64,000 nt of DNA from Harriotta raleighana. Lineage: Eukaryota. This document shows positions 37,953 through 50,739 of the stretch, piece after piece. Location: NCBI GenBank assembly GCA_050575255.1, contig JBNZDD010013634.1:3073538-3137537 (forward strand), given 5' to 3'. Under the pieces are notes generated by a model. That model made no database searches. It saw nothing but the letters and a program-made list of their open reading frames with translations, and was not told the DNA's origin. Every line of letters starts with the position of its first letter. The first letter of the stretch is position 1. Position numbers and translations under genes: made by a program.

Positions 37953-38924
37953 CAATAGGTTACAAAAAATTCTGAGGAAATTTCCCAGTTGAAACTGCAA
38001 TGGCAAAAATTGTACAGAAGTAATTTAGTCCCATATCATCTGCTTCTTGACCTCCATAATCCCCCATCAGAAAGAAAATCAGAAGAAGAGTCAATCTCCC
38101 TGGATCTTTTCTTTCTCATCTTCTAACCGCTGCTCAAGCCTAGCCCATGGAGCAGATCGCCTGGCTGCTCTGCTGTGATGGAAGGTGCTGAGGAAGAGTT
38201 TACAGAGGGGAAAGGGGAAAGACATACCATGGTGAGAGCTTGCACATTGTAAGGCTATGTACGTATAGGACAGTCATAATATCAGCCAAGGGTATCAGGG
38301 CAGCAACCGATTCCTTTCCAACATTCATTTAGAAAAAGTCTCAAAAGCAAGAAAGGTCACAAAATAACGCTGTGTGTGTAGACATTTTAAAAATAATCTA
38401 TACTATGATCCCACTCAAGTCATGATCTCACTCCCTACCGTGACCTCCTCTGCCCCTATTCAGCTCTGGATAAAGAAAAAGGCTGTGTTTTGTTGCACTA
38501 ACTATAAGCTGCAGTGGAGAGGGATCGTCAACCTATTCAACCCATAACACACAGGCTGAATGGACATCTGTGGCCCTATAGCCAGAGAGATAATGAAATA
38601 ATTTGGTTGAGCTGCGAGCCAGCTCAAAAATACTTTTATTTGTTTTGCTCCTTGCTAAATCAAGAGAATTGCTTCCCAGTAGCAAACTGGAGAAAATGTA
38701 TGTGCATTTAAACTACTTGCCTTTCCACATCCAGTGTCAAGGTGCTGAAAAACAAAATAATTCATTTTTCTGCACTTGAGGACATTTGTTGTTTTGTTGC
38801 ATATTGATGTAATCTTACATCATAACCCTGACCTAGGAAGCAGTTAGTTTATTCGATTTCTTCAACATGACATAGGGTCACTTCCACATTGAACCAAACC
38901 TGGATGCAGTTTTATAGTATTTAA

Positions 38925-39308
38925 TAAAATAATAACAGATAATAACGGAATATTGTATGGGTACTTTATTGTAAATGTTGTACACTGTACCATATAAATA
39001 ATAGACTATATACAATAATAACAGATACTGTAATAATAGAATATTGGATTGGTACTTTATTATTTATACGTAACTTCTGCAATGGTGGATGCCACGCGAG
39101 GGAAAAAAAAGGCAGCGCGACTTTAAGGCTCTACTAGCGGCAAGCCGAAAAACCGGTACAGTAATCTCGTGCGACAATCAATACATTAAATGCGCCACCG
39201 CTATTGTGCTGGATAACATGCGGTTAATCAGATGGAGACTTTTTTTTGGACATGCTGGTTATACGGAAGTTCCGGTTAATCGAGTCACGAACAAATTGGC
39301 TTTTACTG
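38925..39308. mobile_element. Right-hand part of a Tigger/pogo-like DNA element
   Basis: CpG-rich segment ending CCGGTTAATCGAG...GGCTTTTACTG then TA, a Tigger-style CAGTAAAA terminus on the reverse strand. No long matching left TIR was found. Confidence 0.5.
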
Positions 39309-39450
39309 TAATAATAATAATTGCCTATGAGAGAGCACCTTATCATGTCTTTGAGACTTCTCGAAGCACTTCAAAGAATATACTCTAAAGTGAATTGACT
39401 GTATATTTTGTGGGAGAAATGCAGCAGCCAGTTTCTCACAAACAGTTACA
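39309..39450 (-). mobile_element. SINE 3' fragment
   Basis: TAATAATAAT...AAAGTGAATTGACTGTATATT...GCAGCAGCCA. Confidence 0.8.
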
Positions 39451-39753
39451 GATTGAGTGACTTTCTTTATGCAATATAATTATTATAAACATGCCTCTCT
39501 CCAGTGGCTTATAGTTGATGAAACAAAATACACGTTTTCCTTTGTCCAGAGCGGATTTGGGGGCAGAGAAGGTAGGAGATGAGATCCCAATTTGAATGGG
39601 ATTATGTTTTTTTTTCACTTCTACAAATGCAGGCGTAGAATGAAGAATTGAACCCTGGAACCTAGAGATGTATTTTATAGGTGAGTGTATGTTGTGCATG
39701 AAAAGTTATGTTTGTAGCAACCATTGAAAACTCTTGCTTTCCTTTAATGTGTT

Positions 39754-39960
39754 CAACAACAACAACAAAAACTTGCATTTATATAGCGCCCTCCACGCTG
39801 GGATGCTTGACAATGGTGGAGCCTGAGGCCGAGCCAGGGGGAGGGAGAAGGTGACCGTAAGCGTGGTTGAAGAGAAAGGTGGGAGTGAGGTGAAGGGGTT
39901 GAGGGAAGGGAGTTCCAATGTTTAGGGCAATCGTGGCTGAAAGCACAGCTGCTGCTGGTG
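39754..39960 (-). mobile_element. L2 LINE 3' end with family B tail
   Basis: Minus strand translates SSCAFSHDCPKHWNSLP (L2 pattern RAFSxxxPxLWNSLP), then CAGCGTGGAGGGCGCTATATAAATGCAAG and (TTG)n. Confidence 0.88.
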
Positions 39961-41504
39961 GAACACAGCATTCTGAATACAACTGCTGCTGAACTCCTTT
40001 GTGTGAATGGAAAGACATTTAATTTATTATTACGATTGGAGTTTCCTCTCTATCATTAACAGTACACCTCATTTGGTTTTCCGATCTATAACATGGGCTG
40101 TAAAACATTATGAGGTGCTTCAAGTGTGAGCCTAGTCGCCGAGGTTAAGTATTCTATTGAATCACAGAGGGCATCTCAGGGGTGGGGAGGGGAGGGGGGT
40201 GTGTGGTGTGGGGAGGGAGTGGGAGGAAGCATAGGTAGAAATTTCAAGTTGGAGCCCAGGTTGATCTTCCCCCAGGTTAGGCCCCAGTTGCTGCCCAATG
40301 CAGACCAGGGTTACAGCCCCATCCCCCCATCACCTCCCCCAAACTGGCCAAGTTCCCAAACTACTGGAAAAATACCATTCTATTAAAAAGGCTCCCAAAC
40401 ATAGTGTATTGGTACTGCAGCAAATTCAAATCTCAGGCTGGGAGAGTTAATCATTGTGAATGATTTATTCTGCATCACCAGTGGTAAAACCATTAGCGAG
40501 TCGCTTTATTCGCACTACGAAGAAACATTTACCGTATCAGTCATAGAACATGATGCACTTAGGAAAATCTGAGAAAATTTGGACTAAGAGATGAAAACAT
40601 GCAGAGCTATATTCACAGCAGAATGAACCTGGTTACAACAGCGTAATTTGCAAGGAGTGAAATTCTCCTGATGTGTTATTGGCTGCGTTACAGATTGGAA
40701 ATTCGATGAGCTGCATTGCCATTGCACTTTTAATGACCGAGGAACCAAACACCAGGCCTAATAAAGATGTCTTTGAGCAGAGAGACATTTAATTTACAGA
40801 GCACCAGTCATTTGTCAGTCACTCCCAATGTCATTCGAACCTTTCTGGAGGATTTTCTTTGCATCAAAATTTGCAAATAAAATAAGCTCAGTGTTTCAAT
40901 TTAGTCGAGGAGCAATGTCAATATAGGAAATAGTCCAAAGCATCTGAAATGTCTCTGAATATATTCATCATTAGAGTTATACAAAATCATTCTTACAGCT
41001 GTTCCGTGATTTTGAAGAAGCTGCAAGGCCGTTTGATACTCAGCGGGTTAGTTCTGAAGGGAAAAGCTGTTCAACATTCTCTAAATGCCTAGAGTAAGGC
41101 AGAGTGGTAGTAGAGTGAAAGAAGTCCAGGTCTTTCATTGCGAGTCCTCAAAGGGCCTGCTGCTGAGTTCCCACCCCCGTCAGTCTGTGCATCCCAGTGT
41201 CTGTAATCGTCTTGAATAATTTAGGAGTTTAAATTAAGAATTAGCTTCCAAACGTACCTCAGTGTAGGAAATGGAGAATTGCAGAGTGCGATTGGACGAT
41301 GGTTTTTTGTGACATTTCAAGCTTTTCTAACCTGTTTCAAGTAAAGTGAGTTTTTTAAAATTTTGTGGCCTAAATTCTGATTAATATGCATTGGGGGAAA
41401 CAATCTTTGCTCCACGATGGGTCATAATCTAAATTTTAGCTCCTTTACTTTAACAACCCACTCGCCTTCACCTTCCATCTTTTGCAGATGGAATGTTGGC
41501 ATTT

Positions 41505-41947
41505 TGTCAGCCTGGCTCAGTTGGCAGCACACTTGGGGCTAAGGCAGAAGATTGTGGGTTCAAACTGCACATTGGGACTTTGAACTCATAGTCCCGGTTT
41601 ACACTGAAGTGCAATGCTTGAAGTGGGCTGCATAATTAAAGTCCAATCCTTTGGTTTACAGGTTAAAACGAGGTCTCGGCTGCCTGTCTGGGTAGATGTT
41701 AACGATCCCAGGCCAGGGTTCAAAATGAGAAGGGAATTTCTCGTGGTGTCCTGGCTAACAAACCTCTAATATGAAAACAAAATGGTAATTCACTTCACGG
41801 CTGCTTGTGGGGCATTGCTGTGTGAAAATTGGCTGCTGCGTTTGCGCACAAAGTTCACAGTCGTTCCACTTTGCAGTACAAACTGTGAAGTGCTTTCAGA
41901 GTTTCTCCTGATCTGAAAGGCATTGTATCAGATGCAAGGATTTTTTT
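41505..41947 (+). mobile_element. Full-length Deu-domain SINE (SacSINE1/AmnSINE1-related)
   Basis: tRNA head TGTCAGCCTGGCTCAGTTGG...GTGGGTTCAA, core GTTAAAACGAGGTCTCGGCTGCCTGTCTGGGTAGATGTTAACGATCCCA...GGTGTCCTGGCTAAC, then the same 3' tail as the young SINE. Confidence 0.8.
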
Positions 41948-42039
41948 GCTGACGCCCCTAGCATTTAATTCCAGTAGTCGGGCAATAGGGACACCAAACT
42001 CGAAATTACGCTATGTGGTGCGAGCATAATAATACTATT

Positions 42040-42250
42040 AATAATAACAGTAATAATAATCCTTGCATTTGATATAGTGCTTTTCACATCTTATCGATGT
42101 CTCAAAGCACTTCACAGAATATGCAGCAAAGTGTATTGACTGTATGTTTGTGGGCAAAACACGGCAGCCAATTGTGCATAACAGTGTCCCATAAACAGTC
42201 GTGGATTGAAAATGACCAATTTTTCTTAATGTGGAGTTTTTTTTATTATG
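42040..42250 (-). mobile_element. 5'-truncated young SINE
   Basis: Reverse tail TAATAATAATCCTTGCATTTGATATAG through to GACCAATTTT. Confidence 0.92.
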
Positions 42251-42834
42251 ATAATAACTAATATTATTGGGCATACTGACACCTGGCACCTGGCCACAGC
42301 ATTTTATTTTAGTTATGTTTTTCAAAGCTGGGGTGAAAGGTCTGGGACAGTCCAAGCGCAAACGTACTGGGGTCTTAATGGAAGTTATCATTTTCCTTCC
42401 CAGTGTGGGAATAGTTTCAGTGTTCTGCCTGCACCCATCTATGGTTGATCGCATTCTCATGTTCCACCATGTCTCTGACATCTCAACTACCTCTGGACAA
42501 TGAGACCACAATTGAACATTTATTCGTGTAGCACACTGATCACATGTCTGAAGTGGTGCTTCAAAACACTGAAAGACGTAGTGCATCAGTACTGCGAACC
42601 CAATGAAATAAATTCGACTCAATGTAATGTAGGCCTACAATAATCATGGGCAGTCAGACTTCTTGTGATAGCAAAATAGTGGCAGATGCTGTTGCTCCAC
42701 AGTTAAGTCCATGTTTATTCTGGATTGTAATATGGCAATGTGATGGGATGTGCAATTGAGGGCACTCGCTCAGGATAGTGAGTCCGGAACTGAAGAGAAC
42801 GACTCGGAGTAGATGAGACTCTCTGTTACCCCTT

Positions 42835-42960
42835 GTTAGTGGGAGCTAGCTGTGTGCAAAATGGCTGCAGCATTTGGCTACCGAAAAAACACACGCACGC
42901 AACACGTGATAGTAATTAAGGTGTTTTGGAATGCTTCAACTCAAATAGGGGCATGATCAA
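42835..42960 (+). mobile_element. Very old SINE 3' fragment
   Basis: GTGGGAGCTAGCTGTGTGCAAAATGGCTGCAGCATTT resembles the Deu-type 3' body. Confidence 0.45.
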
Positions 42961-45171
42961 AAAAAAATGCATCTTCCTCCTTTCCAGAAAGCTAGGCCAG
43001 ACTCTTGGTATTTTGCCAATCGCACTTAAAATGAGAAATGGCTCTATGTGATTGTTGCAGTGGAGGGTAATTTAATGAAACAATATTGCGTGCATCTCTG
43101 TGTGTCTGGTAGTGGTGATGGGATTGGTGCGGGGGGAATGGATGGAGAAATTAAATCAATGTAAAGCTGTTGCAATAACTGTTAATGTGCAACTGATTGT
43201 GCCAGCATAATTTTTTTCTTTCCAGGTCAACACTGTGCAATGTTGTTGACCTGTTGTGCGATTGGGGGGTGGGGGGCTGTGTGTGGGGGGGGAGATTGAG
43301 AACAAAGTAATGCGAACCCATTATCTGCAGTCGGACTCTCTCTGGTTTAGGAGGCTCATGAATGAATAGAAGTGAAAAGTAGACTTATCAAACTCTTTGC
43401 ATGGAATAATGCAGGCTGGAGGAGAGCAGCTGCTGTGAGTGAGATCAGGCGGTTTCACTATTAATTGATGAATGAATGAGAAACGGAATTGTTCATTTCG
43501 AAGCATGATGTCATCAGAAAGCCTGTCACATCTTGAGGATTTTTTTTTGTGTGTTTCTTTCCACCAGCACTGTGTGCACATAAGTGCGTGTGTGTATGTG
43601 AGAGAAAGAAACAGAGAGAGAGAAATGCCAGGTGTCAGAGTGAATGATACTGAGCGGTCAGGTTTGATGGAGTGACTCAGTTAACCTGCTTGATGCTGCT
43701 GCAGGTGAAATGAATTACAGGATGTTGTGCCTTTATCAGGCTGGCCCAGGGTTCACTGCAGCTGCAGACTCATATTCACACCTTCTGCTGTATACAAATA
43801 ATGTGACTTTTCTCTGCCCTGAGACTTAAGGCTGCTTTGAATGTGGAATGAAATCTCCCAGGGGAACAAACGTGGGCTGAATTGCAGATGAGCCCCTCGT
43901 GTTTGCACCATCTAGATAGTTACTATTCTGTGTTCAGGGAGTGCAGACGGGGCTGGTTGAGGTGCGGAGGGAGGGGTTATGGAAGGTTTACCCTCTTGGG
44001 GACACACAACATCTGCTTATTATCTGTATGGTGCATTGATAACCTGTATGAACAATGAGTCTAAACAGCCATGTGTTAAATAATGCCCAGAGCTTGGTTC
44101 TGTGATTTCATTTGCAAATTATCTGCGAATGACTGAACAGTGTGTTGCTTGCTTGCAATACAATCTGTCTGGAGGCTGCTCGTGGCAGATACAGGTCCCC
44201 ATCTACACCCAATCCATCATTCGGGCTCCGCAAGATTTTTTTTTAAAAAAAGCTTCCAAACCTTTCTGGAGACCCGAAGCTTGTCACTTCTACCCCCACC
44301 TTGTGCCCCCTGTTGGAAGGATGCAATACCAGATGTCACATGGATGTACACACAATCCATTCATGCTGAAGCCATGCCAGTCCTTTCTGCATCCCCCTCC
44401 CCACACTCTCTTGCACGCACGCACACACACACACAGCTGAAAGAGGTCTGGAGTGAACAGCTGAAATGTGTATGGAGAGACAAAAGACTAATAACAATGG
44501 GATGAAGTACTGTCTCTTTCTTTGTTACAAGATGCCCTTTGCTGTCTTTTTAGACCCGGGCACTGAACCACATTGTCCAGTCATGATGCATTGCTGCAGC
44601 ATGCATAACCCCCTGTGTGTTTCATGTTGATCTGTACAGTTGTTTGGCATGTTTTAAACATTACCATGCAATGCATTACCTTGCGATCGTTGCAGTGATT
44701 CCTTTGGTTAATTTGGTGCCTGTAATTCCCACGACCTTGGTCTCCACGCTTATATTGTGAAGCTGCAGCTCACCCAAGATCTATTAAATTAAGAGAAAAA
44801 TGGCCAGGAAGCTTCATACTTGCGTGTAAGGTTAGATTTGATTTGTACAACCAATTTGCCGCAAAAAATAGTATTTCTGGTGCTTGAGGTCTGCTTCTAT
44901 CAGCCTGCAATTGCAATGATTAAAGAGGAGGATTACCTTATGGCCTGGTAGGCTGTAACAGGAGCAACAAAGTCGTGGTTTGTGGACAACCACTTTGACA
45001 TTTCCAGTCCTGTTCTCTTCAGCGGAAAATGTTTCCAGTCCATCTAGATGAAGCTCGTCACAGAACATTGCCTATCTGTGTGTTCTGTGTCCGCATATGT
45101 ATAAAGGAGGGGAAGAGATCAGATAGACATTACTATATTAGGAATTTTCCCAGCCATCTCCATTTGGCTAC

Positions 45172-45533
45172 AATATTAATGCTCACGTTTGGTATAATGT
45201 CTTATCTCATCAAAATATACTGTACAGTGAATTAACTATATTAGTTATTTAGTTTATTTAGTTAAGTGGGCAAAAAGCGGCAGCCAATTCCGCACAACTA
45301 GAGTCCCACAAGTAGTCGTGGATTGCGTATCCAAATTATTATGATTATTTTTTGAAGGGATTATTAGCCACAGAAAGTGATCCACCAATTGACTTAACCA
45401 GGTTCCTACTTACTGCAAGGTAAATAGAGGTGTGTGGAGTAAGGAAACTTGCCCAACGTTTCGTCCTGCCCGGCAATCAAATCCAGGTCCTTTCCCTCGT
45501 GAGACGAGTGCTCTAACCAGTACACTACAGGAT
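45172..45533 (-). mobile_element. SINE, long form with extra middle segment
   Basis: The reverse complement has the head TCCTGTAG..TGGTTAGAGCACTCG, then GGGCAAGTTTCCTTACTCCACACACCT, then the extra CTATTTACCTTGCAGTAAGTAGGAACCTGG...CTGTGG, then CTAATAATCCCTTC. Confidence 0.85.
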
Positions 45534-46325
45534 TTAATTAATGGGAAATTTGTTTTAAAATGAAGTTCAATAATAAACATCCGCGACTCTGTTATCATCG
45601 ACCAGATTCCTGTTTCTCTGCGATTGTTTTTGTTTTTAATAAAAAGTAAGTCCAAGTGTGGAGGGAACTGATATGGGTTGGTATCCCATTCGACTTTGAG
45701 AACTGGTCTTGGTGGGGGAAAACAAAGTGCAATATCCTGGCCATGGATTGTGTGCACTTGTTGTGCATTGCAATCCCTTTGTTTTCAATATCTAACCCTA
45801 ATTATGGGCCGCAATGGGAATTTTCCAATCAGCATTTTTTAAATCATGGGCAATTGAGAACATCCAAGGCCAATTAAAATTTGGAATGTCTAATGAACAT
45901 CGTGAAGATTAAGCTGTTTTTATCACATTCGGCAAGCACAGGGGAACATTTTTGGATTAAAACTTTGCTAAATGACAAAGTGAGTTTTGGCATTCACATT
46001 TCTATCTAAAAATGCCTCCTGCCTGGTTTACTTTTGTTTTTGTTCATTATTATCCAGTCCAGCAATTTGTGTTGGTTGATTTTACTTGTAGGCATGCATT
46101 AATATCAAAATATTAAATTGTAATATTTAATACAATTTAATACAATTACAATTAGCATGAAGAGTTAAAGTAACTTCAAGGAGCATTCTCCTCATCAATT
46201 CAAAGAGTGACTTTCTTTCTATACCAAGAGGCAACAGACTTTAACTGCAAACACAAGCTTTTCAGTTATGGTGTAGCTGAAGGGTGGAGAAGGCTGTGTG
46301 AGGCATTTATCATTCAGACATTTGT

Positions 46326-46620
46326 GGAGTCCTGTAGCTCAGTAGTTAGAGCACTCGCCTTGTAAGTGAGAGATCTGGGTACAATTCCAGGCAGGACGAA
46401 ACCTTGGGCAAGTTTCCTTGCCTGATAATAATCACGCAAAATAAAAATAAGAAATTGGTCATTTCAATCCATGTGGACTGCTTGTGGGACACTGCTGTGC
46501 ACAATTGACTGCCGCGTTTCGCCCACAAATACAGTCAATTCACTTTACAGCATAGTCTGTGAAGTACTTTGAGACATCTAGAAGACGTGAAAAGCGCTAT
46601 ATCAAATGAGAATTATTATT
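46326..46620 (+). mobile_element. Near full-length short-form SINE
   Basis: GGAGTCCTGTAGCTCAGTAGTTAGAGC head through to the tail. Confidence 0.92.
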
Positions 46621-46621
46621 C

Positions 46622-46745
46622 TGTTCCTACTCTCTGGAAATTCATCCCAAACTTCCTCTGCCTTGACTCTTTCCTTCCTGCTTTTAAAGCTCTCTTGATT
46701 ACCTATCTCTTTGGCTGTGCTTTTGGTTATCTTTCTCCACCCACC
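46622..46745 (+). mobile_element. L2 ORF2 C-terminal remnant
   Basis: Translates PTLWKFIPNFLCLDSFLPAFKALLITYLFGCAFG (L2 end pattern). Confidence 0.7.
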
Positions 46746-47229
46746 CACCCCACCACTTCAATTAAATTGGTTGTAATTTAAAGGTTAATATGCATTTGGT
46801 AATCGTATAATGGATCCAATGATCACCACATCTCACAATACAGTCAATGGAGGCCTTTTTCTGAAGAATTAGATGTATTTTGAGAACATAACTTTGTTTT
46901 TATATTTAAAAAGTTCAAAGCATAATTGCAATTCTTCCGCAAAATGCTTCAAAGATCAAGGGAAAGGGAATAGAGAGAAAATCAGGGCACTAAGATGAAA
47001 GGGTTACATTTCTACTGCAGTATCTCAAGACTCTATGATCATAAAACAAATTGAGTGCAGCGTTCCCTATTCAAGTTGCATAAAATTCAATAAAGTAAAA
47101 TTTAACTTGGCTTTCCAGAGAGTGTATTTCTGCCAGTGCTGAAGACAGTTCTGGTTATTAATGTGTAAGAAACCACAAATTTGTGGTAAAAGGTTTTTTT
47201 TTAAAGAAAAACAAGATAAAACACTGGAA

Positions 47230-47385
47230 GGTAGTTTCTGAGAGCAGTGGAAAAATGTCAGACACAACACAGACAGTGGAATCTTAAGAAATGGCTTGAT
47301 GCAGTAATGGGAAGAAGTAAGGGTTTGTAGTCTGAAAGCAGAAGATGATATAAATCGAAGGGCCTTCTTTGTCCACATCCATAAT
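47230..47385 (+). mobile_element. CR1 3' end remnant
   Basis: TTAAGAAATGGCTTGATGCAGTAATGGGA...CGAAGGGCCTTCTT parallels the CR1 end at 51330-51436. Confidence 0.55.
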
Positions 47386-47448
47386 AGAGGGAAGAGTAAA
47401 GGAGAAAATTAGACAAAACTAGAAAAACAAATATGTCAGGGACAATAG

Positions 47449-47600
47449 GGACTGTTTGTGGGACACTGCTGTGCGCAATTGGCTGCCTCGTTTCACCCAC
47501 AAATATACTGTACAGTCAATTCACTTTAAAGAATATTCTGTGAAGTGCATTGAGATGTCGATAAGATGTGAAAAGCGCTGTATCAATTGCAAGGATTAGT
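47449..47600 (+). mobile_element. SINE 3' half
   Basis: GACTGTTTGTGGGACACTGCTGTGCGCAATTGG...TGCAAGGATTA. Confidence 0.9.
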
Positions 47601-48039
47601 AAATCACTGTATTATAATAGCAGACAAGCCTTGTCCTGGTCAGAATGGCCAATAGATTGGCTCCAGGGCTTCTGCATCAGTTGAACGCAGCAAAGTTCAT
47701 GAACACTGTTGCCGCTGAGAGACACAAGTGAAGATTAAGCAGACAAAGCTGACGGGCAGGGGAGGCACAGAGGGGCTTTGGATGATTTATTTTTAAATTA
47801 TGAAGAAAAAAGATTATGTGTTTTTCTTATTGGAGAGGATTTGGGGAAAGATACTTAATGGGGAGGGAGCAATGTTTTTTTAATGAGCACAAAAAAGTGA
47901 GACAGATTGCTGCAAATGCATAGAACAAAGCTGCATTTAATATTTAATTCTAAAATGAGCCATGGTTATGATTTTTTAAAAAAAAGGAAAAGTTGCTTTG
48001 ATGAGGTAAGCTTTGCAAAGCCCCTACAAGGACAAGTCC

Positions 48040-48170
48040 CACCATCTCCATCTTACTCTGCTGCCCTCACATAGTCACGTACGGCATTCCACGGGGCTCT
48101 ATCCTGGTTCCTCTCTTTCTCACTTACAAGCTCTCGCTTGGTGATGTCATCTGCAGGCATGGTACCCACT
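48040..48170 (+). mobile_element. L2 reverse-transcriptase fragment
   Basis: From 48074 translates VTYGIPRGSILVPLFLTYKLSLGDVICRHG, a decayed version of the L2 RT motif GVPQGSILGPLLFxxYxxPLGDIIxxHG. Confidence 0.8.
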
Positions 48171-48529
48171 TGGAAGACCGACACTTTGTGCATGGAAGAA
48201 TGGGAATACAGTATTGTCATAAAAATATTTGTTGTATCCAACTTGGACAAGTTTATACGTTAATTCAAAATAAAATATTGAAAAGATACAGTTTTTCATG
48301 TTGTGTCTGTGGTCGGACATTAATGACTTTCTGCAGGGTATCCTGTAGAGGGGAGAAGAGTGTCTGGCAAGTTGATTGAACACCACTGGACATGATTCAG
48401 TAAAGAGCTGGAGGGCAAGGAGACCTCTAGAAAGCAAGAGAAATCTACTATCAATGTGTATTAATAAGAGGGAGAGAGTAAATATTAACATGTCCTAACA
48501 TTTGCTAATGCTAACCTGTTACCAATGAA

Positions 48530-48820
48530 TTTTGTGTAGCTCAGTGGTTAGAGCACTTGTCTTACAAACGTGAGACCTGTGTTTAGAATCCAGGCAGGTC
48601 AGGGCGAAACATTTCAGGGCAAGTTTCCTTACTCCACGCACCTAATAATACTCTGTCTAAAAAAAAACGATAATAAATTGGTCATTTCAATCCACAATTG
48701 TTTGTGGGACACTGCTGGGCGCAATTGGCTGCTGTGTTTCATCCACAAATATATAGTCAATTCTGTGAAGCGTTTTGAGATGTTTAGAAGACATGAAAGG
48801 CATTGTAAATTAAGGCATTA
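48530..48820 (+). mobile_element. Near full-length short-form SINE
   Basis: GTAGCTCAGTGGTTAGAGCAC head and body; decayed tail. Confidence 0.9.
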
Positions 48821-49755
48821 AAAATTAATTAACTAGAGTTCTTGATCAGATTTGGTAATCCCCATTTGTTGCAAGGTCTGTGGGCATTGAGTGAAGGCAG
48901 GATTGCTCTCGATTGTAATTCTCCTCTCCCCCCATCATCCACTAGCCCCATCCATACACTGTAATAGGCTTTCATTACTCATTTTCAAGGTTTGAGGTCT
49001 CAAAGGTCCATGAACCATTGTTGGCATGTGTGGACCTGTACTCCAGCATGATTTACTTGTGTTCAGAAGAGGATTACCATAAAGAGGCAAGGCCAAGATG
49101 TTTTTTGTTTTGTATGATGATTTAGCAGAGTCCAGCACTGTAACATAATAATAATAATCTCNAACATAATAATAATGACATTTAGGACATTTACAATTGA
49201 AGGTATTTTAAAGAAATTCTGTATGTTACTATCCCATGTCGTTGTACATTTTTAATTATTTGCCAACTATTTTGACAGTACAAGGCTGTACTATTTTTTA
49301 CCATCAAATGGGTGTGCGGTTGGTCACCTGATTGATAGCACAATTTCTCTGCTACAGAGTTCAGGTGCTGAGACTTGCTGTTTCAGGTCGAATCTGGGCC
49401 GCTTAGCTTGCCTGGTTTCACCTCACTGAATTCTCTCAGCCACTGAAACAAAGCATATTGTTTTATTGTTGAGGGGAAAAGGATGTCAAGGGACTCGGGT
49501 CAAGTCGATTGGACATAAAAGTATTAGTTGAAAAACTTGAACTAAAATATCATTGCAAGGCAGATGCAAAACTGTCCTGCCTCATACCTGCTGAGCACAT
49601 TGCTCAGAATATGCTCAAGAAGCATATGCTCCCAGAAGCATTTAGACTCAGGTATTTGTGATGAGTGTAGGTAAGCTTCAGTTGATGTTCTCTACAGTAA
49701 ACCACCAGCTGTCCCAAACCTTGTTTTTTCTAGCTATGTGTACGATCAAATTGAN

Positions 49756-49998
49756 CAAAACAATAATAAAATTGGTCATTTCAACCCACAGCTGTCTGTG
49801 TGTGTGTGTGTGTGGGGGGGGGTGGGGGACACACGGACGCTACTGTGCGCAATTGACTGCCACGTTTCGCTCTCCCATTAATATATATACAGTCAATTCA
49901 CTTTACAGTCTATTCTACGAAGCGCTTTGAGACACAATCTCTAGAAGACGTGAAAAGCCACTATGTCAAATCCAAGGATTATTATTATTATTATTATT
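49756..49998 (+). mobile_element. SINE body and tail starting at an N join, with an internal (TG)n/G-run expansion
   Basis: CAATAATAAAATTGGTCATTTCAA...(TG)n GGGG...AAGGATTATTATT, with N at 49755. Confidence 0.88.
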
Positions 49999-50739
49999 AC
50001 TTTACAGTACATTCTGCGAAGCTCCATTGACAAGTCTCGTCTCAGAGACACCTACAGTTGCTCTGCCGTTAGTTAATTTGTCTGATTGTGAAGTAACTAC
50101 ACTGGGAGTTAGGTTTGTTTTTTTTTCCCCCCCCCCCCCCCCCGCCCTCACCTTTTCTAACCACTTTCCACATTCTTATCTGGGATTTCCCGCTCCTATT
50201 ACAGAAGTGGTGCTATTTTACGACCAGGTCGGTGGGCCTGGAAGGGGGGTTGGGGAGAGGGTGATGGATTTGGAAACAGCAACAGTTAATTCTGCAAAAC
50301 TTGTAGAGTGTAAAAGTGACAGACGTGTAATAACGGGTAACAGAATGTAGTCAAATTCCCTGCCGCAGGGAGGATGTGCGTGGTCACCAAGGTGGCAGAT
50401 GGATGCAGCAAATTGTTCTATATTTAGTGGAGTCATTGGAACTCGAGTGGACACATTGTAGGTGGGCAGCGTGAAGCCTGCAGTGGGGCTCATTTCTCAG
50501 ACTGATCTGTTTCCTTCATGTTCACGGTGTGTGCTTTTGTACAGCTGCACCAACTGAACAGACATCTTGACACGTGCCACTGTCAAGAACTTCCAATGAT
50601 ACAGGACTCTACTCTGGTATCGCAGAATCTTTAACTCCCAGTTGTGTTGTCAGTGCCCGGAGTGATGTGTTTGGGGCATGCAGTCTTGTGTTCACTCAGA
50701 AACGCTAGGGATTGAGGTTGAAGGTGGGAGATTCTTAGA

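Noticed and set aside
40179-40226. G-quadruplex-capable G-run tract
   Set aside because: Such tracts are common in vertebrate non-coding DNA, and nothing here indicates function.
42038-42622. Longest ORF (194 aa, minus strand)
   Set aside because: Its C-terminal third is SINE sequence ending in the (ATT)n tail (YYYCYY), and no domain is recognisable.
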